Shown here: positions 42,758-56,688 of the stretch, piece after piece
How the letters are laid out: every line of letters begins with the position of its first letter
Numbering within the stretch: the stretch's first letter is position 1
Assembly (NCBI RefSeq): GCF_009914755.1
Contig: NC_060937.1
Length of the DNA stretch: 64,000 bases
DNA from: the human T2T-CHM13v2.0 reference genome, Homo sapiens
Reading direction: 5' to 3' (one strand)
Notes under the pieces: generated by a model
The model's input: only the letters and a program-made list of their open reading frames with translations
Told to the model about the DNA's origin: nothing
Database searches by the model: none
Position numbers and translations under genes: made by a program

Positions 42758-43889
42758 AAAATTTTATAAATACATATTAAATTATAAAAGTCTGCATGAG
42801 AAAACAAATTACAGGCACTAGATGAAATCTTCATTAAAAAGAGTTATGGAAAAATCTTAGAGATATTATCTCTTTAACTTAATTATGTTTATTTTGATTC
42901 ATCACTCTTATTTAGATTCAAAATTTTTAAAGCACAACATGAAATTGACGGTTTATTATAGTGGCATTTCTGCAGTGCTAAAGTAATGACGATGACAAGG
43001 TTGATACATTATTAAAGAGATTTGGCACTAGCAGTTTTAAAAAAATGACTTTGTTTGCAGACCGAATGTGAAGTTGTTGCTTGGCACATAAGCTAATGAC
43101 CCAGACTAGCTGGCTTGAGTCTAATTCAATATCATCTTGTCAGCATTCTCCTCCTCTGCCAATACAAGAAAACAAAGCAATTCCCTAAAGAAGAGGGGGG
43201 AAAAATACAAGTTGTTTCCTTAGTCAAATGCTACATTGTGCTCAGGTCTCCATTGTCAAAGTAAAACTGACATCTGACACAAAGCTGTGAAGGACAGAAA
43301 CAATTTTCTAATGGCTCATACCAGTGACATGAATCAAAGAGAGTTCAGTAGAAAAAAAAATGGACTTTACAAAAAAAAGTACGTTTTTCCATAGGCATAG
43401 TTTGAGAAATAATCAAGTTCCTCAATAAAAACTAGGAAATTATATTCTTCTACTTCAAAATAATAAGAAACGTTAACAGATCTTGGAAAATTACTGTGTA
43501 ACAATAGAGTGGAAGAAGGAATATGATTTTAGTCAGCAAGTGAATACCACCCACAGAAATATACTGTAGATATATTTTCCCAAATCTTAACTATTAGATC
43601 AATTTTCTAACTTTTCAAACTTTGTATCACTTTTACAAGATTGGTCCCTAATATACTTTCATTAGGGAACGTCTTTGGAATTGACATGGACAAATACAAG
43701 TCAAAAGAAAAAGTGTATGTGACATAGAGATGCTTAAAAATGAAAGATATATTTAAAATGTCTAGATAGCTGTGGAAGTTCTTTGGCCTCCGTTTGTTTA
43801 TAGATAAAATGTTGGGCTCTAAATCTAATTCTAGCTTTAGCAATTAATCATGTACCAGCTGCGGAGATCTGCATAAATATTTTAATAAG

Positions 43890-44935
43890 CTTTTTTAATG
43901 TATAGAAAAAGTGTAAAGATAGTATAGTTATCATATATCCAACACTAATGTCTCCTGTTATTAATACCTTAGATTAGCATGGTAGCTTTGTCACAATTAA
44001 TGAACAAATAGTGATATACTTTCATTAACTGAAGTCTGTACTTTATTTAGGTATCTTTCGTTTTTATCTAATATCCTTTTTTTCCATTCCAAGGTCCCAT
44101 CCAGGATACCACATTATATTGAGTCACTGTGTCTTCTTAGCCTTCTCTGAGCCATTTCTCAGGCTTTCCTTTCTTTTGATGACCTTGAAAAGTTGAGGAG
44201 TACTGGCCAGATATTTTGGGAATATTCTTCAATTTTGGATGGCCTGATGTTTTTTTCTCATGATTAGACAGAAGTTATATATTTTGGAAAGGCAGGCCAA
44301 AGAGATAAAGTGTCATTTTCATCACAGCATATTAAGGGTACACACTGGCAATATGACATATTACTGTTGATGTGAACCTTGATCATCTGGCTCCATTAGC
44401 ATTTGTCAGGTTTCTCCATTGTAAAGTTACTGTTTTTCCCCTTTGTCTACTGCACTCTTAGAAAATAAGTCCCTATGTACAGCCCACACTTAAGGAATGG
44501 GGAGTTATGCTCCACCCTCTTGAGGGCAGAGAAAATGGATGAAATTTTTGGATTTCTTTTGCACAAAAAATGCAGCTATTCTCCCACTTTTATTTATTCA
44601 ATCATTTGTTGATATCAGTATGGACATATGGATATTTATTTTATACATGGAATTGTAATCCAATTCTACTTGTTTTGTTGTTGTTCTTGCTCTCGTTGTT
44701 CCAGCTTTGGGCACTGGGAGGTTTTGGGATAGCTCCTGTGCTTTTTGTCATACTGGTATTATTGTGGTGATTTTTTTACTGAGTACTGTCCCACTTTCTG
44801 ATATTAGAAGATGCTCGAGAATCATGTTGTATGTTCCATTCTCTTACCCTAGAATTAGCCATGTCCCCAAAGAGTTCCAGTTTCTTGTATTGAATAATAG
44901 TATAGAAACCAGAATGTGAGTTATTGGTGTCAGCA
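43890..44935 (-). mobile_element. L1MC-type (L1MC4-like) 3' UTR fragment
   Basis: tttgtcacaattaatgaac...cccatccaggataccacatt...tgatgtgaaccttgatcatctggct...tccattgtaaagttact...tatggacatatggatatttattttatac. Confidence 0.75.
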
Positions 44936-45399
44936 TAATGTTTAACACACTGAAAGATACAAAAGAGGTATGAGAGATTCTTTACAGCAAATGATATTGA
45001 TAATGTGATCAATGAAGCAGATTATAACCAGATGATAAATAAACCTGAATACTAATCAAAATAAATTAGACAGAATATGATGGCTTACAAAAATTAAGGG
45101 TCTTTTTTATGAAGCAGATAAGTGACATCATAAAAACATGGGCTAACATAACTAATACATATCATGGATGTAATAAATAAACCTGATGCATAATGCATGT
45201 TTAATATATGAGAACAGTGTTAAAACCTGGAAGTTTACTATTCTTTGGGTATAGTTTATTGCTTGCAAGAGAGAATGTTTCCTTGTGTAACCTGATTTGT
45301 CTGTTCCAACTTATTCACGCACTCATTATTTTACTTAGTCATTCCTGTTTCAAAGAACTATGTGTTGAAATTTTATTTGTTCACTTTAACTTATTTGTT

Positions 45400-46620
45400 G
45401 AGAATCTAATGGTTGCTTGAAAATTAAGTCAAGTTTTTAAAAAGTCTATACTCCTAAAACCTTATATTTCAGTGAAAAAAAAAGACAAAAAATAAATACT
45501 CAAATGCTAGAGAGTATGAGGTTTCACGACATTAAAAATGGTTAATAGAAAATGATTGTGAAAGGAACTATTTGGGAGAGTATGTTCATGTAAGACTTCT
45601 ATGATGCTACATTTACGCGATGAACACATGAGTATGGTGCCTACCTAGCACGTGGAACCATAAGTATATTGGCCCTGACATGTTGTCCATTGGTCGGTTT
45701 CAGGAGCATGTTTGGAGTGGGAGAGCAAAAACAAGGGTGGTAGAGATGAAGCAGGTTAGGGAGCAAATCATTAAGAGCTTTATTAACTTCAAGAAGAACA
45801 CTGGATTTGTTCTAAATGTGAAGAAAGGACATTGGAAAGATTTGAGTAAAGAAGTTACATGATCTTATTTATATATGTAGATAATACATCTCTATCTATC
45901 GTCTATCTATCATCTATGTATATATTTATTACATATAATTCCTGTAGTTACTGGGAAAAAAATTCTAGAGATTGGGAACAAGCGGAAAAGCAGATAAATT
46001 ATTTAGAATATTATTGCTGCAACCCAGGCAGTGGATTATAAAGGATTGGATGAGCCTGTCAGAGGCAAAGGGAGTGAAAAGTACTCAGATGTATAATTTA
46101 GAGCATATTTTAAGATAGTGCACATTTAAAGAAGACTGGGTAGGATTTGCCAATGGTTTAGCTAAGGAATGAGAGAGAAAGAGAGGAAGCATATCTTTGG
46201 CCCTTATCCTTTTTACAAAAATGAGAAAAATTAGGGAAGAAGCAGGTATTGAGGATGGCATCTTCTCTGTGCCAGGCATTCTGCTAGACCCTAGACATAA
46301 AATGATTAACCAAGCTCACAATAATCTTATCATGATAGTACTCACAATTTAGCTAGGGAGACTGGTGTTTAATAATAGACAGATAGTAAGTAATTACCAA
46401 CTGTGATAAGAATAAGGGAAGGAGGGTAGTTATAAAATTTAAATTAGAAAGTAAGAGAATAGCTCCTTGAGAAATGATTTTGAATTTGAACTCTAGCAAG
46501 GTAAAGATGGAAAAAAAAGATCACAAATGAAGGCCGGGAAGCAGCGAGGAGCATGACAGAGGAGGGCTGGCATGAAAGATGAGGCTGAACTGTACTCTAG
46601 GTGGAATAAAACAGAGAAAT
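45400..46620 (-). mobile_element. Degraded L2 fragments
   Basis: ggacattggaaagatttgag, taggatttgccaatgg, tgtgccaggcattctgctagaccct. Confidence 0.5.
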
Positions 46621-48636
46621 TCATTACATGTATTTTCATGTGGGTATATTTAAAATAGAATGTGTGTATGAGTATGTATGTTAAGCTGTAAATGTGTGTG
46701 GGGACTTGACTCTCTAAATGATTTGTTGAAACTCTTATTTATTAAAAGAATCTATTAATGGGCCCTATAAAATTAGCTATGTACATTATTTTCTTATTAA
46801 AATGCAACCGTTTATTCTATCCTTTATTATCCACTAGTCGTCTAATTATATCCTAATTAAAATAATAAATGTTAGCTGTCAAAATCACTTATATGTTCTA
46901 GATACCAAAAGCTCAGCATGAAAGACTGAATAAATATCGTCAGCGGGTTCCTCTCATCCGTCTCTCAATGAGAAAGCATGAAAAGTAAATGGTTGACCTA
47001 AAAGACAATACCTAAATTAAGATTTATATATTATTGCTTCTGTGTATATGCTTCTCAATTAGGTATATTTCTCTATGTATTAAAAAAGACTTCATAAACT
47101 TCCTTATGATTTGCTCATAGTTACATGTAATACCTCAAATCTAAAGATTTGGTAACATTTTGCAGTTTGCATTCTATAGAGAATATATTTTTCTCCTGAT
47201 TGAAATAGGATCATATCTAAGCAGACAAAAGGGGAACTGGATCTATTTTTAAAGCCATCTAGTTAACATACCTTCACAATGGATGTGTAGGAAAAGTCAT
47301 CCCTTACACAACACCTTCCAATTGCTGACACCTTACAGCCATTTTGCTCATTATATCTCAAGTGAAAGCTGTGCGTGAAAGCTCAAAGCATAGAAAAAGT
47401 GTCAGGGAAGTTCCTAATAGCTGAAAATATTCCATTTGTCAGAGCCTTGCCTGGGCTAAAAGGACAGAGATTCAAGGTATTGCTGAGACTGTAGTTGGGT
47501 ATGCTCACGAGTGTAGAAATAATAAAAACTCATTTCCTTTTTTACTGGTTCTCTGAGGAATCTTGTTTCATTACATTCCTTCCCTCAGACTATTGAGATG
47601 ATCAGTGTGTATATATCATTTGTTTTTCAGGAAGAGAAAGTACACTCTAGTGGTTATCCAGGTTTCCACATAAGGGCGAGACATCACTACTATCATGATC
47701 CTTAGAAAGCAGTGATTGTTCAAGTCTTCATGGTCAAAGGGTTTACATAGGGAGAAACTATTTAAAAAGTAATTCATACTTAAAAAGATTCATTCGGAGC
47801 TCACATCCTTTTTCAAGGAAACTAGGAAGGAATGCCATGAAATTCTACAGACCTTGCTTTATAAGGGAAATAACCAAATCTAATTTTTAATAGGTTCTAA
47901 TAAAACTTAGATTTTAGTAGGAAAGTTTTCCAAAAAGGTGTATTTTCAGATGATTCTTTGTGTTCAGTAGATTCATTTGTTTCTAAATGCAACACCTCTC
48001 ACCATTCAGACCATGGAATAAATAACAAACATGACTAAACATACTACCTTTTTAGTGACAGCTTCATTTACGGAACTTTCTGGGAATTGATTCTGTTAAC
48101 ATAAACATTGGAGTATTCTGATATTCATGCTGTCTGTGAATTGAGACATGTTTTGTGTTTTTGCTTTTTCATGTCAAATCTTTATGCCATTTATTATCTT
48201 GTCTTGTTGCACTGACTAGGATTTCCAATAGGGTGTTGAATCAGTGTAGTAAGAATGATATTATTATGTTTCTGATCTTATTGTCAAAGCTATCCATCTT
48301 TACTATTAAGTCTGATTTCCTGCTATTCCAAATTTGCTGAGAGTTTTTACCATGAATGGATGTTCATTTTTTACAAGATTTTTTAATACCTTTTGTCATG
48401 ATCATATTTTTCTTCATTAGTCCATTATATGATGAATTACAATAATTGGTTTTCAAATCTTGAATCAGCCTTTCTTTGGGTATAATTTGTTCTTTTTTCA
48501 TCTAATTTCTTAGGATAAGAGTTCACATTATTGAACTTACTGGTTTGAGACTTTTGTCTTTTCTAACCACATTTATTCTATAAATGTACGTCTAAGCAGT
48601 GATTTAGCTATATCCTACCAGTTTTGACATTGTGTA

Positions 48637-49247
48637 CAGTGAGTCATCACCTAACATCCCCTATAGGTTCTTTAAAACTGCAAATTTCAGCAAAATGATG
48701 TATAAAGAAACCAATTTTACCACAGGCTAATTTATACAAACAAGAGTTAAGTTCCTATAATATACGTTTTCTGGTCACAAAAACATCTGCGAACTTCTCA
48801 GTGAAGACCAAAACACTTCTAATATTAATCATTCAAATAAATGTGAGCTACACATGCAGTTAAAAAAAGATTAATTAAAACAAATAAGATAATTATCCGC
48901 CCAGTTATTTCAGTTCAGGGTAGTAAGCGGCTGGATCCTATCCCTGCAGCTCATGGTACAAGGCAAGAACCACCCTGGACAGGATGCCATCCCACCACAG
49001 GGCACACTCGCTCACACACACACGTGCATACATATCACACGTTCACAATGGAATGCTTCAGAGAAGCCAAAATTCACCTAATGTGCAGGTCGTTAGGAAG
49101 TGAGAGGTAACCAGAGTACCCAGAAAAAAACAAGGCAGACATGGGGAGAATGAGCAAACTACACAGACAGTGAATCATTTTTTTTCCTCTAATCAACATT
49201 ATAACAAAGGACGTTGAACAAAACAACTATTTAAGAACCTGCTGCTG
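48637..49247 (-). mobile_element. MER6A-like Tigger fossil carrying a V-SINE-like core
   Basis: TA-flanked cagtgagtcatcacctaac ... atttaagaacctgctgctg; core gcagacatggggagaatgagcaaactacacagacagtg. Confidence 0.8.
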
Positions 49248-49413
49248 TATTTTTCTTTTCATTTAGTTAATGTGTTAGAACTTTGCTAGACACTTTCTCT
49301 TTGACTCAGGGGTTATTTAGAATAGTTTTAAATTTCCATATATTTTTGAATTTTCAAGATATCTAATTACAGAATTCTATTTTAATTATATTATTTTCAG
49401 AGAATAACCTTAC

Positions 49414-49780
49414 TAATATGGTTTGGCTGCGTCCCCACCCAAATCTTGCCTTGAATTATACTAATCCCCACATGTCAAGGGTGGGACCAGGTGGAGATAA
49501 TTGAATCATAGGGGTGGTTTACCCCATACTGATCACTACTGTTATAGTAATGAATAAGTATCATAATATCTGATGGTTTTGTAAATGGGAGTTCCCCTGC
49601 ACAAACTGTCTTTCCTGCCACCACGTGAGACATGACTTTGCTCTTTCTTAGTCTTCTACCATGATTATGGGGCCTCCCCAGCCTTGTGGGACTATGAGTC
49701 CATTAAACCTCTTTTTCTTTATAAATTACCCAGTCTTGGGTATTTCTTCATGAAATTAAGTGTGAAAATGGACTAATATA
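49414..49780 (+). mobile_element. THE1C/D-like MaLR solo LTR
   Basis: taatatggtttggctgcgtccccacccaaatc...ataaattacccagtcttggg...gactaatata; perfect TSD cttac. Confidence 0.92.
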
Positions 49781-51227
49781 CTTACTATTATGTTTATCCT
49801 TTAACATTTCTACATTTTCTAAAAAATATATGGTCTATTTTAGTGTATATTTTGTGTGTCCCTATAAAAAATGTTCACTATGCTCTTGAAATAATATTTC
49901 TTGAAGCCCTCTGTATATATTGACTAGATTATGCTGTTTGATAATCTTTGTATCTTCTATGTGTACACAATAATTTTCTGTCTTCTTATTCGATCAATTA
50001 CTAAGAGAAGAATGTAAAAGTCTCTAGCTAAAATTGCAACTTTGTCTATTCACCTTTCAATTTTAACAGTTTTTGCTGTTTTTATATTGAAAATCTGTTA
50101 TTAGGTAAATACCTGTTAGTATTGCTGTGTCTTAGAGATTTAACTTCTATGTGACTATATAATACCTCTTTTCATCCTTGGTAATCTTCATTGTTCTAAA
50201 GTCCAATTTTTCTGATACTAGCATAGAAAATCCAGCTTTCATTTGGTCAAATTTGGTATGGTATATTTTTCTCCATCATTATATTTTTGACCTATGGTTA
50301 CACTTAAATCAACTTTCTTTTAGACAGCAAATATTTGGGTCTTCCTGTTTTTCTTTTTTATCAAATCTGACAACTCTATTAATTCTTATATTCATACCCC
50401 TCTAACTGAAAGTGTTGATTTGATATGGTTGGATGAAGTTCAAATTGCCAGTTGTTTTTATTTTTCCATCTGTTCTTTATATATTTTATCTTCTTTATGT
50501 CTTTTCATAGGGTAAATGAGAATTTTATGCTTCAATTTTATCTCCACCATAGACTTTTTATTTGTACTCATTCAAATATCATTTTAATTGTTGCCATTGA
50601 ATTTAGATTATACATCTTTATTTAATCAGTGTCTATCTTAATAACAGTTGATATACAGCATAAAGGGCTAGTAACACTATATTAACAATTTCTACCTCTC
50701 ATTTTTAGTGCTAGTGTTATCATGTATTTTTGCTTTAACAAATAACATGAACTAGCACTACAATTCTAATGATTTTACTTTAGACAATCACTTACCTTTT
50801 AGAGTGGTTTAAACTAAACATAATTTATTTTTATTTATTCCATTTCCAGTGCTCTACATTTCTTCATGTTGATCCAAGATTTCTTTTTTATCTCATATTG
50901 TATCTTCAGGAAAAACTTTCTGTAAATATTCTCGTAATATACACTTGTTAGCAGTGGATTTTGTCTGATTTTTGGTTGTTTGAGAGCTTACTTTTTCCTG
51001 CTTTTCTGAAAGATATTTTTGCCTGGTATTCTGGGTTGACAGTATTTTTCATTTGTTTCAGCATTTTTAGACAACATGTCACTGTCTACTGACTTGCATG
51101 GGCTATGATAAGAAGTCTGCTTGTCATTATAATCTTTTTTTGTATGTTTGTAAATGTATATTTCTTCCCTGTGTGCCTTGAAGATTTTCTGTTAGTCTTT
51201 GGATTAAAGGAATTCGAATATGATTTA

Positions 51228-51645
51228 TGATATAGTTTGGATGTTGTCCCCACCCAAATCTCAGGTAGAAATGTAATCCCCAAAGATAGAAATGGAGCCT
51301 GATAGGAGGTGATTGAATCATGGGGGCTGATTTCCCATAATTTGTTTAGTACCTTCCCCTTGGTACTGTCCTTGCAATAGTCAGTGAGTTCTCATGAGAT
51401 CGGGTCATTTAAAAGTCTGTGGCATCTCCCTCCTCTCTCTCTTTTTCCTGCTTTTGCCCTATGACACTCCTGATCCCCGTTTGCTTTTTGCTATGAGTGT
51501 GGGCTCTCTCGAGGATTCTACAAAAGCAAATGCTGCTTTGCTTCCTATAAAGCCTGTAGAACCATAAATCAATTAAACCACTTTTCTGTATAAATTACCT
51601 AGTTTCAGGCATTTCTTTATAGCAATGTGAGAATGGACTAATACA
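51228..51645 (+). mobile_element. MSTA/MSTB MaLR solo LTR
   Basis: tgatatagtttggatgttgtcccc...ggaggtgattgaatcatggggg...tctttatagcaatgtgagaatggactaataca. Confidence 0.9.
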
Positions 51646-53054
51646 ATACACAAGTATATATTTTGTTGTTGATATTTCCAGGTGTTCTCTGAACATATTT
51701 GATCTATGATAATTGTCTTTCATTAATGTTTGCAAATTTTCAACCATTATATTTCAAATACTTCTTCTGCCTCATTCTTTCTCTCTTGCTCTTCTGGAAT
51801 TTCAATAGCATATGTTAGGCTGTTTGATATTGCCCCACAACTATTATGTTTTACTTTTTTATTCTTTTATTTGTTTTGTTTCAACTTGGTAAATATCTAC
51901 TGACCTATCTTCAAGCTTGACTAATTCTTTCTTTAACATTAGTCGAGTAATTCACTGAAGGCATCCTTTACCTCAATTATCTTTTCAAATAATTTTATTT
52001 TTATTTTTAGCATTTCTGTTAAGCTTATTATTATAGTTTTCATCTCTCTGCCAAAATTATTCATCTATCTTACACATGACCCATGTTTTCCATTTGAGCC
52101 TTTAACATGTTAATGATAGTTATTTAAAATTCGCTATAGGCCCCTAATATTTTATATATAAGTATTGTTATGTTGATTGCTTTGTCTCCTGGGAGTGGGT
52201 TTTCTTGCCTTTTAATGTGGATTGTCATTTAAAAAATTTTTAACCTGGACATCTTGTATAAGACAGAAAAAACCTGAGGTTAACACATTTTATGCCCTCA
52301 AAATGAACATGTCTTTCTTCTATTAGAGTTTTTAGTGTGAGGGTTGCAGTCAATCTAGTAAGAAATGTGACTGGATTTGGGCATTATTACTGCTATGGTA
52401 TCCTCAGTGCAGCACAGGCTTCATGTTTTTCTAGTTTACTATGTGTTTTCAGGTAGGAGTCCATGTGCCAGAGAGTGTTCTCAATCATCCCCTCCTTCAG
52501 CTTTAAGTGTTTTGCTTGTCATTTGATGCTTGTTAGCTTGATGATGGAGTGGTGGTGGAGTTCTCTGTCATGATTAAGCTTCAGACTTAGACAAGCTCTG
52601 GGATCCTGAGAATCAGAGATATGGCCCTCTCAGTTGCCCTGACACTTCCTGACATAAAGTTCTGCACAAAACATGTATTCCAGACCCTCCTTCGAAACTA
52701 AAATCTTCTTTTATTTGCTTCCCTCAGCTACACAGTGTTTACTCCAGTAATCTAAGAGCAACAAGCTATATTTCCTATTCTCTGCAAATTAAGGCTTTTG
52801 TTCTAGAAGGATGTGTCAAGAACAGTATTGGGTCTGAAATTATATTTACTTAAAGCTAACGAGTGAGATTGCCTCAATTTCATAAATGCGTTGAGAATCC
52901 TTGGTCAGAGGCAAAAGACTGTTTTATCCACAAAGGAGCAAACAGACTGAACTTTTATGTCCACATTTTTTCTTACTGCCCTACTCCTGAATCCAGTGGG
53001 GACAGCACAATGGGCAGCTAGGTGTTACAGGTAAGAAATCTAGAACTTAGGAAA

Positions 53055-53464
53055 TGTGTTAGTTTGTTTTGCATTGCTATAAAGGAATACCTGAGCCTGT
53101 TTTGCATTGTTATAAGGGAATACCTAACTTATAAAGAGAAGGGGTTTATTTGGATCATGGTTTGCAGTTTGTGCAAACATGGCATCAGCCTTCACTTGGC
53201 TTCTGGTGAGGCCTCAGGAAGCTTTCAGTTACAGCAGAAGGGAAGAGGGCTAGTGTGTCACACGGCAAGAAGGAGCAAGAGAGGTACTAGGCTCTTTTAA
53301 ACAAACAGCTCTGACATGAAGTCATTGCTGCAGGGAGGGTACCAAGCCATTCAGGTGGGAAGGTGCCCCCATGACCTAAACACCTTCCACTAGGCCCCAC
53401 CTCCAACACTGGGGACCACACTTCAACATGGAATTTTGAGGGGACACACATCCAAACCATATCG
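53055..53464 (-). mobile_element. MSTB-like MaLR solo LTR with internal ~33-bp tandem duplication
   Basis: tgtgttagtttgttttgcattgctataaaggaatacctgag...caccttccactaggccccacctccaacactgggg...atccaaaccatatcg; TSD ggaaa/ggaac. Confidence 0.9.
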
Positions 53465-53623
53465 GGAACTTATAAGGAAGCACATACAAACCTTCCTAAA
53501 CTTTGCCGCCCCACAGGAGACATTATGTTTGTCATACTGGCAGCAAATATATCTGTTTTTTCTTCCTGAGAGTGACACTTTCTCTATCTTCCAAAGGTGC
53601 TCACTATATAAATATTCTTGAAA

Positions 53624-53923
53624 GGCCAGGCACAGTGGCTCACGCCTGTAATCCCAGCACTTTGGGAGGCTGAGGCAGGCAGATCACCTGAGGTCGTGAG
53701 TTCGAGACCAGCCTGGCCAACATGGAGAAACTCCGTCTCTACTAAAAATACAAAATTAGCCGGGCATGGTGGCGCATGCCTGTAATCCCAGCTACTCCTG
53801 AGGCTGAGGCAGGAGAATCACTTGAACCAGGGAGGCGGAGGTTTCAGTGATCTGAGATGGTGCCATTGCACTCCAGCCTGGGCAACAAGAGCGAAACTCC
53901 ATCTCAAAATAAATAAATAAATA
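53624..53923 (+). mobile_element. AluSp
   Basis: atggagaaac, caacaagagcgaaactcc; perfect TSD aaatattcttgaaa (53610-53623 / 53924-53937). Confidence 0.93.
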
Positions 53924-56688
53924 AAATATTCTTGAAAAATAGTCTGAAACAAAAGACTGTCCATGCCTCTACTTGCAAGCTGTGTGCAAACAAAGACTCA
54001 TGGACAATTATCTCTCACCAACTGGAGATGAGAGTAAAGAGATTGGAAGTAATTTTGTGTGTCTTCTTCACCAGCTGCTGTTCTATTATCCCAGAAACCA
54101 GGAAGGAAGCTTTCTCAAGAATCTTACTAAGTGAGATTTGTGGAGAAAGAGCCTGCAATAGTGTACAAACACCTTTTTTTTTCATATGAACAATGCTATA
54201 CTATAACGTTAGTCAACAAAAGCATAGTCATTTAGAGTTTTTTCCTTTCTAGAGTACTAACATTGTGTCCTCTAATTAGCTACATCATTTCCAATAGATT
54301 TGTTTTGCTTCTTCCCTTCTACACCTTCAAAATCACTTTAGAGTTTTCTCAAAGCCTAACTGCTTTTAAGTAAAGAAAAGCAGTATCTGGGTTTCCAGGC
54401 AAAAGAATCTGATAGCAAGGCAGAGTGGTGGTTCCATGCCCACCAGGCACTGTCTAAAAAGACGAGCTTAATTTTGCTTGTGACAGCCCATGCTCAAAGT
54501 AAAGGGCGAACTGAGGGAAGCCTGGCTATAGGAGCTTTAAAATAAATGTCAAATGTAGAATCTTTTTGTAACATGGCCATGGAAAAATAATTTAATTATT
54601 TACTATACAAGAAAATAAACTGTAAATGTGTAGAGCAGAAAAGAAGCCTGCTTTAACTTGTAACACATAAACATATATAATTTGAAATATACACAAGGCT
54701 GCCAAAATTATGAAGAATATACCATAGTAAAATACCTGGGTTTGGCTTTTTTATGCTTCTTTGTTATCTTAAAAATAAAATTTTTGCTTTGCTTTGTTTT
54801 TCATGTGATGCAACTATTTTCTATGGCTTTTACAAGGACAGTACTTTATGATTCTTTGGAGTGATTTCCAAATTTTGAAGAAATGTGTCTAATTGAACGA
54901 GCAATTTAAGAATATCTATTTTCTATTTCCTGAACTCTGATGGTAGTTATTTCCTTTCATAAGAATATGCTTCTTAAATGTGTTGTTCATTTTCTTTGTG
55001 AGTAGCCTACTATTTCTTTGTGAGTAGCCTAATAAGAGTAGGCTACTACTAGTAGTAGTACTAGTTTATTTTCTACTTTTGTAATACTTGTTTCTACTAC
55101 CATTCATGCAACAAAGAAAAGAAGACTTACGATTTTTCAGGGATGATAAGGAACAGTAATCACCAAAACAAGACTTTAAGAAGAGAAATTCAGATGGATA
55201 TCCATCCACTAGAGTTATCTTTTCACAGTCTGGGAAGCTCTATAGACTCACAGAAGAAACAAAGGTGATTCAGGACTCCAGCACTCTGCCACAGCCCATG
55301 TTTACTGGTCTGGTATGTTTCGCAGCAGAAATTTTTTAAAAATGCAAATATGGACTCCTGGGCAAGATGGCCCAATAGGAACAGCTCTGGTGTGCAGCTC
55401 CCAGCAAGACCAATGCAGAAGGAGTGTGATTTCTGCATTTCCAGCTGAGGTACCTGGTACATCTCATTGGGATTGGTTGGACAGTGAGTACAGCCCATGG
55501 AGGACGAGCAGATGCAGGGTGGGGCATCGCCTCACCCAGGAAGCTCAACAGCTAAGGGAACTCCCTCCCCTAACCAAGGGAAGCCATGAGCAACAGTGCC
55601 CTGAGGGGCAGTGCTATCTTGCCCAGATACTATGCTTTTCCTAAGGTTTTCACAACCCACAGACCAGGAGATTTCCTCAGGTGCTTACACCACAAGGGCC
55701 CTAGGTTTTTAGCACAAAACTGGGTGGCTGTTTGGGCAGACATCAAGCTAGCTGCAGGAGTTTTTTTTCATACCCAATGGTGACTGGAACGTCAGTGAGA
55801 TAGAACTGTTCATTCCTCTGGAAAGGGGGCTGGAGGCAGGGAGCCAAGTGGTCTAGCTCAGTAGATCCCACCACCATGGAGCCCAGGAAGCTAATATCCA
55901 CTGGCTTGAAATTCTGGCTGCCAGCATAGCAATCTGAAGTCAATCTGGGATGTTCCAGTTTGGTGGGGGAAGGGGTGTCTGTCATTACTGAGGCTTGAGT
56001 AAGCAATTTTCCCCTTGCAGTGTAAACAAGGCTCCTGGGAAGTTTGGACTGGACGGAGCTCACTGCAGCTCTGGAAATCCCCTGTTGCCAGACTGCCTCT
56101 TTAGATTCCTGCTCTCTGGGCAGTGCATCTCTGAAAGAAAAGCAGCAGCCCCAGTCAGGGGCTTATAGATAAAACTCCCATCTCCCTGGGACAGAGCACC
56201 TGAGGGAAGGGGCAGCTGTGGGCATAGCTTCAACAGACTTAAATGTTCCTGCCTGCTGGCTCTGAAAAGAGCAAAGGATCTCCCAGCACAGCACTTGAGC
56301 TCTGCTAAGGGACAGACTGCCTACTCAAGTGGGTCCCAGACCCCTGTGCCTCTGGATGAGGAGACACCTCCCAGCAGGGGTTGACAGACACCTCATACAG
56401 GAGAGCTCCAGCTGGCAACTGGTGGGTGGCCCTCTGGGTTGAAGCTTCAAGAGGAAGGAGCAGGCAGCAATCTTTGCTGTTCTGCAGCCTTTGCTGATGA
56501 TACCCAGGCAAAGAGGGCCTGCAGTGGAACCCCAGCAAACTCCAGCAGACCTGCAGAAGAGGGGCCTGTTAGAAGGAAAACCAACAAACAGAAAGCAATA
56601 GCACCAACGTCAACTAAAAGGATGTCCATGCAAAAACTACATCCAAAGGTCACCAACAGCAAAGACAAAAGGTAGATAAATCCAAGAG

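Larger units (their letters stand above)
48120..52800 (-). mobile_element. Ancient L1M remnant (ORF2 toward 5' region) interrupted by MER6A and two MaLR LTRs
   Basis: ttgttgcactgactaggatttccaata, tttgctgagagtttttaccatgaatggatgtt, aatccagctttcatttgg, tctgggttgacagt, tctactgacctatcttcaag. Confidence 0.7.
52812..54020 (-). mobile_element. Old LTR remnant (family uncertain) interrupted by an MST LTR and AluSp
   Basis: LTR-like flanks (ggtcagaggcaaaagact; gagagtgacactttctctatcttccaaagg; aaagactgtccatgcctctac) that continue across both inserts. Confidence 0.35.
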
